NCBI GenBank assembly: GCA_033442325.1
Contig: JAWQFM010000031.1
Coordinates: forward strand, 1 to 28,410
Length of the DNA: 28,410 nucleotides
From: Salpingoeca rosetta
Lineage: Eukaryota > Protista > Choanoflagellata
Direction: 5' to 3'
A model generated the notes under the pieces. That model was given only the letters and a program-made list of their open reading frames with translations, had not been told where the DNA came from and searched no databases. Below, piece by piece: positions 15,960 to 28,410 of the stretch. How positions within the stretch are numbered: the first letter of the stretch is position 1; each line of letters opens with the position of its first letter. The translations under genes and the position numbers were made by a program.

Positions 15960-17230
15960 ATGCGTGCAACGGCAGTGACAGCGCTGCTGTGGTTGGTGGC
16001 AGTGTGCTGTGTGTGTGCTGTTCAGCCGCTGTGGCGAGCGTCGTCTCAAGCTCACGTCGAATGCACCAACCTCCAAGATCAAGGTGTGTGTGTGTGTGTA
16101 TCGACTTGCGTGCGCATCCCCTCCTCCCATCGCTCCTCTCACGTACCAACACCTCTCCCACCCCACACACGCACACTCGCACACACCGCGCTGACAATCA
16201 GACGTTTGCGTTTGTTGGCAACATGGCGCAGACGTCCATGACGCGTGAGGCGTGTGCCACGCTCTGCTACACCTTCAACTTTGTCGCTCAGCGCTGTTGA
16301 GTACGGCTACCAATGCTGCTTCTGCAAACACCCAAGCTGATTTCCACCGCGTAGTCTCGGCGGTGCGTGCGTGCGTGTGTGTGTGTGTGTGTGTGTCTGT
16401 GTGTCTGTGTGTCTGTGTGTCTGTGTGTCTGTGTGTGTGTATGTGTGTGTCTGTGTGTGTGTCTGTGTGTGTGTCTGTGTGTGTGTCTGTGTGGTGCACA
16501 CATTAGTGTCAGCATTCACCCTTCCCCCTCCCCCACCCAACACACACTTTTGTCCAGCCTTCCTCCGACTGCAACGAGCCATGCACGGGGGCTTCGACTG
16601 AGATGTGCGGAGCAGCCAATCGCATGAACATCAATCCGGGCAAACTGTTCCGGCAAACCCGTTCCCACAGGTGATTCCAACACACACACAGACACACACA
16701 CACACATAACCACCCACTCAGCTCATACGTGTCTGCTGTTGCATCTTGCCTCATCAGGCCATGCGTGCCTGTCTGCAGCGACGAAGGAGTTGCCGGTCTG
16801 CAACACGAGTCTGTCCATCGGTGCCCGCCTTGACGACCTCATTGGACGCCTCAGTCTTGAGGAGAAGGCCGGCCTCATTGGCCCTGATCCCGTCACCAGC
16901 CCATGCGCCTTCCTCGACTACGGCGTCAAAAGGTGGGAAAGGACATTCAGCGCCGACGCACTGACTCGTGACTTTGTCTGCTTGTGTTTCCCCATCCTCC
17001 CCGCTTCTTCGTGCCACAGCGGCATCAACCGCCACCACCACGTCTCACACAAAAACACCACCTCCCTCTTCATGCTCACATATGTGTGCATGGATTGCAG
17101 GCTCGACATCCCGCCGTATCTGCATCTGGTGGAGACGAACACGGCCGTAGCCTCTGCGTGCATCATCAGCCAGGACACGTGTGCCACCCACCTTCATTGG
17201 CCCCACAGGTCTTGGCGCAGCCGTCAACCG

Positions 17231-17279
<49 letters not shown>

Positions 17280-17957
17280 CTGTGTCTGTGTGTCTGTGTG
17301 TGTGCCTACGTCTGCTATGTCAGCTTCTTCTTGATCAAAGCTCCTGTCGTTCATTCCCTCCCTCCTCGTCCCCCACGCACCCGTTCTTCGCTTCCAGGTC
17401 ATATCCACGGAGATGCGCGCCTTCAACAATCTCAACTGGCACAGGGGCAGCGGCGTCTTACAGAAGATCACTCACAGGTGCGGCCTGCATCGCGTGTTGC
17501 TGATGTTGGTGCACACACCACACCCATGCGATCACTCAACAACAGTCGCACGCCTTGCCCCCCAACGCCCTTCACACCCACACACTCACACACTCGCTCA
17601 CTTTGCAGGCCCACCCACTCATCTTCACTGCACCCCTCTCAACCTGCGGTATCCCTGCTTGAGTGGCGAGTACGCTGCTGCTGACGTGACCGACTGCCAG
17701 GACGGCCCAGACAAGAAGTACAAGAAAATGGCAGCAGGTACGCACACGCATCCACACTCGCACGTGTGTGTACGCAATTGCCCACAACCGTGTCAGCGAC
17801 GCTGTTTCATTTGCACATGGTGGCGGTCGTGTCATTCACACTGCTGTCACCGCTCCATCGCGTTTTAGGTCTTAGACACTTTGACGCGCACTCGGTCGAG
17901 ACAAACCGCATGGCATTCAATGGGAACATCTCCACCTTTGTTCTCTGGGACACCGAG

Positions 17958-18024
<67 letters not shown>

Positions 18025-18496
18025 TCCAATCAACATTTCTTGTCAGTTCATCCACGCCACCATGCCTGTGCCATCCCCTCACCTCCCACCTCCTCATCTT
18101 CATCCCGCTCCCCGCTGCCATGTGTTTCATGTGCAGTGCAAGCGCGGGCACTCACTGCCATGTGCTCGTTCGCCCGCATCAACGGCGTGCCCTCGTGTGC
18201 GAACAACATGCTGCTCAACGGCGTCGTGCGCGGGCAGTGGAAGCGTGACACGGTGACGATTGGATCAGACTGCGGTGCGATTTCCAAACATGGTCAACGC
18301 CAACAAGTACGCCCGCGACCCCGTAAACGCCGTCGCGAAGACGCTGAACCGCGCCGGGGATATGGAGCTCGGGGAGACATACTTCACCACAAACGGCTAC
18401 TTGGAGCAGGATGTGAAGCAAGACCGCACAACAATCGACACGGTGCACAACACCGTGCGGTGGGTCCTCAAAGATAGCTTCATCATGGGCAAATGG
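15960..18496 (+). pseudogene. Secreted WSC-domain + glycoside hydrolase family 3 (beta-xylosidase-like) gene, frameshifted and truncated
   Basis: Signal peptide MRATAVTALLWLVAVCC. WSC pieces: [40 protein letters not shown]3 N-domain: CNTSLSIGARLDDLIGRLSLEEK, TFIGPTGLGAAVNR, ISTEMRA, LRHFDAHS, AMCSFARINGVPSCAN, GSDCGAI, AGDMELG. Frameshifts near 17188 and 18287. No RDPRWGR segment and no GH3 C-terminal domain are visible. Confidence 0.82.
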
Positions 18497-18526
18497 TACG
18501 TTGACTTGGGTTTGCTTTGTGTTTGC

Positions 18527-18563
<37 letters not shown>

Positions 18564-18612
18564 GTGTGTGTGCGTGTGTGTGTGTGTGTGCGTGCGTGTG
18601 TGTGTGTGTGTG

Positions 18613-18656
<44 letters not shown>

Positions 18657-18820
18657 TGTGTGCGTGTGTGTGTGTCTGTGTGTGTGCAATCCCTCAAAGT
18701 CTCTTGTCAGTGTTGTGTCCCTGAGAAGATGAAGCAGTCCACGGTTCCTCAATAGTCACAACGATGTTGTCATTGCCTCTCATGCCATCCTCTCCTCCAC
18801 TCTCACACCCTTCCCTCCAG

Positions 18821-21770
18821 GCATCGAGGAGTGCCCCACCTTTACACTCTCACCTCCAGCAACGGCCGCTGCATCAGCAAGTGCCCCAATGGCGAGTATG
18901 AGCTCGGCAACGGATGTGCTGAATGCCATTCAACACGTGTGCCAAGTGCCACCCCACCAATCGCCACCAACTACCTCCGCTGCGACGGCAACCTCCCCAG
19001 CCGTGCATTGCCCATTGCCCCCCCCCCCCGTCTACTACGCCAAGGACCACCGATGTGTGCCATGCACCACGTGCGGCATGGGCACCTGGACCTCCACCCC
19101 ATGCTCCGCGTCCTCCCACGCCGTTTGCTCTTCCTGGACCGAGTGCAAGCCGGCCCAGAAGGAGTCTGTCTCTGGCAACGTCGTGCGCGACCGCGCGTGC
19201 GTGAGCTGCACCCTTTGGCATGGAGTACCAGCCGCTGCCGGACCGCGCCTCGTGCTTCTCCACCAGCATGTGCGAGGAGCCCTTCATCGAGACCATCCCG
19301 CCCACGCTCACCACAGACCGCCTGTGCTCCTGCGACACGCTCACCTGCAACAAGCTCATCACGCAGCTATTTGAGGAGATGGTGTGCGCCGAGCCCATGG
19401 ACGAGCAGCTCGACGTTGTGCTTGACGTGTGCTGCTCCGGCCAGGGCGAGGATGGCATCCGCGACACCATTCGCCAGATGGACGCCTACGAGGCACGCCA
19501 CTCCTGCCCAGGCTGCACAGACACGTGCGAGTGCAGCGCTGGCTTCATCCTTGTCTACGACGCCGACTCGGCCGACTGTCGGCCATGCAATGGCGTGACG
19601 GTGTTCTCCCCATCCATTGGCGGCATCAAGTGCGAGCCCATTTAGAAGTGCGAGCGCGGCTAGGAAGAGGTCTCCGCGCCAACCCGCTCCTCGGACCGCG
19701 TGTGCCGCGACAGCCCGGCTGGCACCATTGACTCGGAAAGCGACGGCCCCACGAGTTGCCAGATGCGCCCCGCTGGCCACTACACGGAGGCGGGCTCCCA
19801 CGGCTCCTGCTCCAGCTTCACCTGCCGCGCAGGCACCCACGACCACGACAGCGACCCTGCCACCCACCTGCATGGACGTCACAGAGTGCGCGCCCGGGTT
19901 TGAGGAGGTGCAGACCATGACGCTCATCATCGGCGACCGCGTCTGCGACGAGAAGTTAGAGGGCACGCACAAGGCTGTCTCTGGCCAGGGCGTGCCCTGT
20001 CTCCCCATCATCACCACGTACGATGCCGGCGAGGAGGAGACGGCCGAGCCCACCCCAACGAGCGACCGCGTGTGCAGCCTGTGCGAGCTTGATGCCACCT
20101 TCAAGTCCGTTGACGGCCAGGCCGAGTCATGCCGCCCCGTCACGCAGTGCGGCCCGGATGAGGAAGAGATTCGCTATGCAAACCCACACGCCAGCACGAC
20201 CGCCTCTGCCGCAAGTGCGTCCAGGACACGTGCGTGCCCGTGACGCGTTGCGCTGCCTCAGAGTACATTTCCACGCATGGCCGTGAGCAAGTGCGAGTTT
20301 GGCACCTTCCAGAGCCAGGTGCCCACGCTCGACTCCGACCGCGAGTGCACGCTGGAGTGCTCCGGGTGCTCTAGTGACCGCTACGAGATTCGCGCCTGCT
20401 CTGCGCTGGAGGACGTGCAGTGCGCCGGCTGCTCAGCGTGCCCGCCGAACACATACATCCTGCGCGCCTGCGACTCGGGAGAACGACGTCTCTTGCCAGC
20501 AGTGTAGTGCGTGCTCTAGTGAGCAGTACCGCAGCGCGCCATGCACCGCCACCAGCGACACGGAAGTGCACGATACTCGACGTGTGCGACCAGGACCAGT
20601 TTGGGCTGTTCCCCGCCCCCACGCCAACCACGGACCGCATCTGCCGCGACCTGAGCCAGTGCAACCCGTCGACGGAGTGCGAGCGCACCACCTGTGCCAC
20701 CTCATCTTCAAGTGCGACCCTGGCGAGCAGCGCGCATTCGAGCACCCACCTCAACCTCCGACACCAAGTGCGAGCCGTGCCCCATCGGCACCACCGACCA
20801 CGACCGCAACCCGCTCACCGCCTGCCAGCCGTGCCCCCTACGGCCACTGTGTGCCTGCAGGCCCCATCGGCTTCTGCGAGCAGTTCCTGTGCCCGGCCGG
20901 CACCGCCGACTTGGATCGCAACGCCAGCACACACTGTGCACGCCGTGCCAGGCTGGCGTGGACTTTGCCGCCCTCTCTGGTCAGCGTGATTGCACGCTTG
21001 TGACGGAGTGCAACCTCGGCTTCGAGGAGGTGGTGCGCCCTGCTATGCGCCCCACCATCTTCACCGACCGCCAGTGCCGCCGCTGCATCGAGGGCCTGTT
21101 CTACCGCAACAGCAACACGGGCTTCTGCATGCGCGTGTGTCGCCCTGCGAGCCTGGCTCGTTTGAGACGGCCGCGCCCACCATCAGCACGGACCGCGAGT
21201 GCCAGATGGGCCCGCATATGCCCCAACAACAACACGTTCATCTCCCGCCCGCTCATGCCCACGCAGAACCGCATCTGCTCGCCGTGGACGCAGTGCCTGT
21301 CCAGCGAGTACGAGCTCGTTGCGCCGTCGCTGGTCAACGACCGCGAGTGCCAGCGCGTGCGCTCGTGCCAGGACACGGAGTATGAGGTGTCAGCGCCCAC
21401 GGCCACGACGGACCACCTCTGCGCCACCATCAGCGACGCAGTTTGAGGTGCTCCCACCGTGCGTGTGCGTGCCCGCGTGCTCCGTCTCGCTCATCTTTGA
21501 CGCCAAGTTCAACGCCCTTGCCGGCACGCAGTCGGGCCGCGAGGCGTTTGAGGCCGCGCTGGTGCAGCCCATCAACACGATGCAGGACGCGTCGCAGATT
21601 CATTCTGCGCATCGACCTGCGCCAGGGCACCATTATTGCCACCGTCGCTTCCATCAACGAGGACTTGATGGCTCGCCTCTTCAACCGATCCGTCTCTGGC
21701 GACATTACCGTCATGGCCTTCACCGCATCGCCGTGCGAGGCCGACGCGTTCCTGGACGACTCGTCCCTTT
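18821..21770 (+). pseudogene. Large cysteine-rich repeat (TNFR/furin/ephrin-receptor-like) extracellular protein, disrupted
   Basis: GC-rich, intron-poor coding-like DNA with recurring C..C..G......PT.TSDR.C motifs spread over all three frames. In-frame TAG stops at 19643-45 and 19661-63, plus many frame switches. It begins after the acceptor ccctccag at 18820. Confidence 0.8.
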
Positions 21771-22899
21771 GGTTGCACGGGTGCACACGCGATCCCACCC
21801 ATCACACACACCAACTACTGGAGCCTCTCACGCACGCACGCTTGCACTTTCACGTGGACGCCGCATCACCCACCAGGACAACCACAGCAGCCGCCACCAT
21901 TGCACTTGCTGTGATCGAGTGTTGCCAGCACATGCCACCTTCACCTCCCGCATCATCATGCAAACACTGCTGCCACCACCACCACCCACGACAGCAACCA
22001 TCTCAAGGCATCGGATGCTGTTGGTTCTTGGACCATCACGGCGCTGTTGGAAGAAACGCTAGCAGTGTTGATGGTTGTGGTGGGAGTGCACGCCATGGTA
22101 ACAGCACCGACAGCTGATGTGGTGGTGGTGGTGGTGGTGGTGGTGGTGGTGGTGCTTGCATTCCTCACTGGTTCCAGCAACAGCAAGGAGGTGGCCATCG
22201 TGTTTCTGGTGGGCACGCATGTGCTGGCTGTTGTTGGTGCCATGGCTGGCAACAGCAGTTGCTGCGATGAGCGGCAACGGCAGTGAAGAAGAAGATGGAT
22301 GTATGTGGGGTTGCACGGCACGCAGTCACCCTCCCTTTGTGGTTGGCTGTGCAATTGCATGTGCGCACATCGATGACGGCGATGACGAGACGGCTGCCAA
22401 TCAAATCAATTCCCATCTGAAGAGCCACCGCGTCGTGGCTGGTGCACGCGTGCATCTCTTTCTTCCTGCAGGTCGACCATCGACAGAGCAGCGTTGCAGT
22501 GCGCCATGCGGTGTTTGATGATGCGTCGTTGTTGTTGTTGTTGCCACTGCGTTTGCTGTTTGTTGACACGCACGCCGTGCATACTCAATTTCTTTCCTTC
22601 CTCCTGGCTTGCTTCCTTGCTGTCTCTCTGCTCTCCCGCTGTCCCTTGTCAGTGTTGTGTGTTTGGTTGCTGGTTGCCGTGTTGCGGTGATTCCATCTTG
22701 CATGTTCAATCGTTTCCCAACAGTACATTGGGGACAGAGTCAAGACATGAAGAGACGACAACAGCCCTCACGCGGGGCACACAGTCAGCACCAACACGCA
22801 CATCCAAGCAAGAGAGGAGAGCAGAGCACAGACACGGCACTGCTCAAGATAACAGCCACATCGCAGGGTGCCACTTGCAGTGCAGCCAAACAACCAAGT

Positions 22900-24850
22900 A
22901 CAAGGCGGTCTGCACCAACAACAACAACAAGGCAGCAGTCATCCACCAGCCACCACTGTGTGTCAGGGTGCTGCAGGGCAAAGAAGACCCACGAAGCAGG
23001 TCAGTCCATTGCGCTATTGCTGTTGCTGCTGCACTTGAACGTCTTGTACCAGGCCTTCAAGCAAGTCCCTCCGGTGTCCGCTGCACTTGGTTGCCGTCCT
23101 TGTCAACTGGCAGGTGCTGTTGTCGTTTGCACCGTGTCTCGCGGATGGCCTGTGTGATGAAGCAGGCCGCGACCAGCACCACCGCGATTATGCCAGATGA
23201 ATTAGGCAGCCCAGGACAAAAGAAGACAACGCTGCAGCCTCCATCATCTTTTTTGCCATGTCAACATGCTTGGCAGATGATGTCAGGTACGTACGGCAAT
23301 GCAGTGACATCGTAGTCATCAAGCTTGTGCGCTTCTGCGGGAGGTGTTGCTGGTGGAACAACAATGGGCACAATGACGTAGGGGCGGCATCTGGGGTCTG
23401 TTGTTGGGCGGAGATGGCACAGGTCAAACTGCTCTGTGGGGGATTATGGTGCGGTTTAGGGTCAGGTCCAGCGCCCACAGGGCAACCCTGCCTTGCGAAA
23501 CGCTGCTTGAAACAGTAAGCAGGCGCTGGTGATCGCACATGGCCATGTCATCTGCTCTGTCATTGCTATGCAGTATCGTGGTGTGCTGTAGTCGCACTTG
23601 ATCACGCTCTCAACAGAGTTGACGAACAAGATGCTGCTGCGACGGGCAAAGACGCCGAACTTGACCGGAACGTTTCTGCTCACTTTGAGCTTGCTGAGGA
23701 CCTTGTGGTTGGCGACGTCACACACAAACATATAACCTCGCGCAGTGCCGATCGCCAGCAGGCTGTCATCAGTTGGTGGGTGGCCATGGTGGTGACGATC
23801 ATGTTGGTGTTCGGCTCTGCCTCGTCCACAAACAAGTCATCCAACACCGCCACACGCGTCAGCGCACTGCTCACACCACTACTGCTGCCGCTCACTTGCT
23901 GCTGTTGTTGCTGCTGCTGCTGGTCATGCTGCCGTTGTTGCTGGTGATGGTGGTGGTGGTGATCAATGGCACCGTATGCGAAGGCAAACTTGTTGCTGCT
24001 GTCCGCAAGCGCTGCAATGCGCGGGACACGAACGCCCGTGACCTCTTTGGGTTGTGCCAACGTCGCACGACCAACACAAACGGGCGCACATCCTCACCGC
24101 TGCCGCTGCTGCTTCTGCTGCTGTTGTTGGAGCCATTGTTGCTGTCCTTTCATGTTGTGTTGTGCTGATCGTGTGATGTGAGGGTGCTGAGATCCCACAC
24201 GCGCAAGTTGGTGGAAGTGGACGCAGTCACCAGGAAGCGGCCATCAGGGATGACGCGCAACGCATCCACGGCAGTGCGCTAAGGCTCCTTACTCGCCGGT
24301 TCCGCCTCTACTTCCCCTCTCGCTTCTTCTCCGTCCGCGTCTTGTACCACCTCGTTGTGATTATCGACAGCATCGGCCCTCCACTCTGCAAGCAGGGTCG
24401 ATGGCTGACCAAGCTGCCACAAAGAGATGACACCCGCCTTGTTGTCCACGATGTACAGGGTGGGCGTGAGTGTCATGCAATGCGTGTGCTCGAAGGTGGA
24501 CGGCACGACCGCCAGGCACTTGAGGTCTGGCACGCGGTGCAGCTTGCACTCCTAGGGCACCTTCTGCCACCTCTCGGTGACCCACAGGGTCCCATCGGAA
24601 GCGGCGGCGCATGCAAGTTCAGCGCCAGGAAAGATCCCCGAAGATGACTGTGCGTTCAGCCTCATGTGCACCGAGGCCGTAGATGTACACGCGGGAATAA
24701 GAGGGGCCGATGAGGTGCTTGCCGTCCTTGGTCCACACCATGTCGGTTGCTGTGACGGGCATGCGCTGCTTGCACGCCAGCCCGTGCATGCCCCACACAA
24801 ACGACTCAGCTACCAGCAGGCGGCCATCGGGACTGGGCTGGCGTATGAGT
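22900..24850 (-). pseudogene. WD40-repeat protein, disrupted; boundaries approximate
   Basis: ACAAASDGTLWVTERW, DNKAGVISLWQL and VDALRVIPDGRFLVTASTSTNLRVWDL lie in one frame interrupted by TAG at 24552-54 and 24279-81. A further frame switch occurs near 23730. Confidence 0.65.
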
Positions 24851-24967
24851 AGCCGCCCTGCTCAGAAGAAGCAGACGACAGCTGCAGCAGCTGAAGAGAG
24901 ACGAGGGTAGGATGCGTGTCTGATTGTGCAGAAAATTCTGGGAAGACTGGTGCTGAAATGGATATGC

Positions 24968-25168
24968 NNNNNNNNNNNNNNNNNNNNNNNNNNNNNNNNN
25001 NNNNNNNNNNNNNNNNNNNNNNNNNNNNNNNNNNNNNNNNNNNNNNNNNNNNNNNNNNNNNNNNNNNNNNNNNNNNNNNNNNNNNNNNNNNNNNNNNNNN
25101 NNNNNNNNNNNNNNNNNNNNNNNNNNNNNNNNNNNNNNNNNNNNNNNNNNNNNNNNNNNNNNNNNNNN
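24968..25168. other. Assembly gap
   Basis: Run of n. Confidence 0.99.
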
Positions 25169-25368
25169 GAAGCTTATTTTTGTTTGTTTACCAGCCTATC
25201 GTGCTGTCACAGCCTCCTGATGATGATTACAGATTGCGACTCATCCTGGTCCGTGTCTTGGGCATTTTGCCAGACTCCTCGCTTGCTCTCGCCCGGAAGA
25301 AGGCCTCCCCCAGCGTCACGACAGTGTGCATGATCTGGCCCATTCTGTGTGTTGTGTGTTATGGGTGT

Positions 25369-25403
<35 letters not shown>

Positions 25404-25466
25404 ATTCACAAGTGGGTGCAGTTGAGACTCACAGCAACTGTTGTCAACTCAAACACACATACACTC

Positions 25467-25497
<31 letters not shown>

Positions 25498-26173
25498 TTC
25501 AGACACTCTTCACCCTGCTTCGTGGCACCGCGTTGGGCACGTACGATGGGGATGTCGATTGGCGGGAGCTTGGAGTCGTCAAGGTCAGGCTTGACAGGGT
25601 ACACCTTGCGCTTGTTGATGAACCACGCCGCAACATCTGTCTCCAAAACAAGGCACATCATGCGCAAGCATGAGGAACGGCACGAGAATTTGTGTGTGTA
25701 TGTGTGTGTGTGCGCATGTGTGTGTGTGTGTGTGTGTGTGCATGTGTATGTGGGTGTGGGTGTGCATGTGTATGTGGGTGTGTGTATCGAGTCACAAGCG
25801 TCGTAGCCATTCAATGCTGCAAAAAGCTCCAAGCAAAGCCCATGCCATCGCGGCTCACGGCTTGGTGTGGAGCTTGTTCTCCTCGCTCGGGTACTTGGTC
25901 GGGTGCACCTGAACATCGTCGCAGATGAGGCAGTGATGTTAGCATAAAACGACTGCACACAACCGCCACCACCACCTCACCCCAAGCAACCGCCACCACC
26001 ATCTAACCCCCAAGCAAACAAGGCACCCCACAGCCAGCCCACCTTGAAGACGCATGCGTAGAGGTTGGCGGCGGCAATCAGAAACTCCTTGTGCAACGGA
26101 TTCTGCGGATCAAACTCGAGCACCTCGGGGAAGATCTTGTAGGCTTTATGGGCAGCACACACGACGGGCGAGG

Positions 26174-26287
26174 NNNNNNNNNNNNNNNNNNNNNNNNNNN
26201 NNNNNNNNNNNNNNNNNNNNNNNNNNNNNNNNNNNNNNNNNNNNNNNNNNNNNNNNNNNNNNNNNNNNNNNNNNNNNNNNNNNNNNN
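26174..26287. other. Assembly gap
   Basis: Run of n. Confidence 0.99.
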
Positions 26288-27192
26288 CGCACATACTCAG
26301 ACACAGACACAGACTCGGACACACACACACACACACAGAGAGACACAGACACACACACACACGCACGCACGCACGCACACACGCGAGTCCCCCACCTGAC
26401 CAGAAGAGCTCTCCACTCTTGGTCTTTGCGCCTGCGGGGAAAGTGGCGATGAGGTCCAGAATGACGTCGCGGGAAAACGCGTGGAAGTCGCGCCACGCCA
26501 GCGACACACACGTCTCCATCGTCGGCTTCTCTTGCAGCTGAGAGACAACACACATGCAAGTGGCGGTGGTGTCACGATGGTGAGAATCCTCATAAGCACG
26601 AAAGGGCGTGTCATCACATCCACCACACATCCATCACACAACTACCACACGCTGCCACCTTCAACAACAACAACAACACCAGCACCTGTGCGGCGAGGTC
26701 CTTGATGGCCTTGAGCGTGTCCACGCCGCGTTCGAGGGCGCCAATCCGCTCGTGCTGCTCAATCTTCGTCTCCAGCCCCGAGATGAAGCCCTCAGGGTCC
26801 TCCAGGAACTGCTGCAGCTGCGACGCCGGGCTCACAAACAGGTCCGTGAACTTGGCCCGCGCCCCACTCGATGCAGTGGTCAATGAGGTGTGGGAAGTTG
26901 TGCAGCGTGCACATGGGAATGCCGCCACCTGAGAACAGGAAAAGAAGAGGGCGAAAAAAGATGTTGAGTGGCGGGTGAGACGATGGGGCTGGATAGGATG
27001 CAAACGATCATGTAAGCTACTCAAATGCACACACGCACGTGTACACAGCACACATACCTGCTTCTGCGTCGCCGCCGTCGCTGTATGAGTTGATGGTGTG
27101 CAGCACAATGTCGTCGACGTTGGCGCCCGTGCCCATGGTCTCACTCTCCAGCAGTGGCTTCTTGTACAACACACACACTTGCTGTCAACAGG

Positions 27193-27226
<34 letters not shown>

Positions 27227-27306
27227 TTGTATGTCGGGGGTTCGTGTGTATGGAACAAGATAGTAGGTGAGTGTGCATACAGTCGAGTTGAAATCTCACA
27301 CACACA

Positions 27307-27406
27307 NNNNNNNNNNNNNNNNNNNNNNNNNNNNNNNNNNNNNNNNNNNNNNNNNNNNNNNNNNNNNNNNNNNNNNNNNNNNNNNNNNNNNNNNNNNNNN
27401 NNNNNN
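27307..27406. other. Assembly gap (100 N) within a (CA)n tract
   Basis: Run of n. Confidence 0.99.
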
Positions 27407-27507
<101 letters not shown>

Positions 27508-28410
27508 CACACACACACACACACGATCCTAGTCACCTTCGTGGAAGTTGAAGATCTGGTGGATGGGCCTGCAGCGGCCGCTGATCTTGACGAGCCCCTG
27601 CACAACAACGCCTTCCTTGTACACGCACATCGGTGATGGTAACGGCAATGAGGGTAAGGGAGGGAAGTGAAGCCGAGGTCAAAAGTTCAGCATGCGCAGT
27701 GCATCATCATGTTCAATCCACCATGGCACCATCTTGCCTGATACACGATTTGGAAACACACGGTGTTACGCACACGCACGCTCACACATGCGCACATGCA
27801 CAAGTACGCACTCACCTCAGGGCAGCTTGTGCAACAGGGGAAGATGATGATGCTCTCAAGTGGCACGCCCCTGGTGTCTGTATCTCACCATGCCGCAGTG
27901 CATGGCCTGGTCAATCGAGGTTGTGTGTGTGTGTGTGCGTGTGAGTGAGAGAGAAGCACATTGCCATTGCTATGCGCTGTGCCTCGTCTGCGACAACACG
28001 AACACGTGATGGTGAGGGAAACATGTCTGTTGACGAAAGGAAACAACTCATCAAAGCACAGCGCGTGTGGAAGAACAAACAAACCTGTGTGGTGGTGTTG
28101 TTGGCATTTCTTTGGCTGCTGCCTGCAGTGGTGCGGATGATGATGGGCAGTGGCGGACGAGGAAAGCAACCACAGCAACTACCACACAAACAAAGCTGGT
28201 TGTAGAAAGAACAGCAGAGACAAGCAAGAAGACAGCTCACACACACACACACATGTGAGTAAGAAGAGTGATGATGTGAGGGACAAGATCACAACCATTG
28301 CCAACAACACCTGCTTCATCAGCACAGTGAGGTGAGCGCAAGCCAACAACCATGACTGGAACATGCGAGCGACACTTTGGCTTGTTCACCTGTCGTTGAT
28401 GTGCACCCTT

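Noticed and set aside
19643-24554. Four in-frame TAG codons suggesting stop-codon reassignment or readthrough
   Set aside because: The same genes also contain frameshifts, and the intact transposon genes have no internal TAG. Pseudogenisation is the simpler explanation.

Overview
Intron-rich eukaryotic DNA with (CA)n/(GT)n-filled introns, AAC/CAG tracts and four N-gaps. The style suggests a choanoflagellate such as Salpingoeca rosetta, but that is inference only. Most ORF-track entries are microsatellite artefacts, so I assembled genes by hand from GT-AG junctions. Left half: (i) an intact 6-exon PIF/Harbinger DDE transposase (247-2230, -). (ii) A ~10-kb Mutator-like element (MULE) bounded by 60-bp inverted repeats with 59/60 identity (2437-2496 and 12385-12444). 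Inside it, 21 minus-strand exons join in frame into one ~1508-aa protein: MuDR Zn-finger, MULE DDE, SWIM, low-complexity linker, PWWP/Tudor-like segment plus coiled coil, and a complete ubiquitin-specific protease (peptidase C19). This transposase-deubiquitinase element is the main finding. Right half: five consecutive host-type genes, most visibly damaged by frameshifts or stops. They are an exostosin/GT47 glycosyltransferase, a WSC+GH3 glycosidase, a Cys-rich repeat surface protein, a WD40 protein and a ubiquitin-activating enzyme E1.
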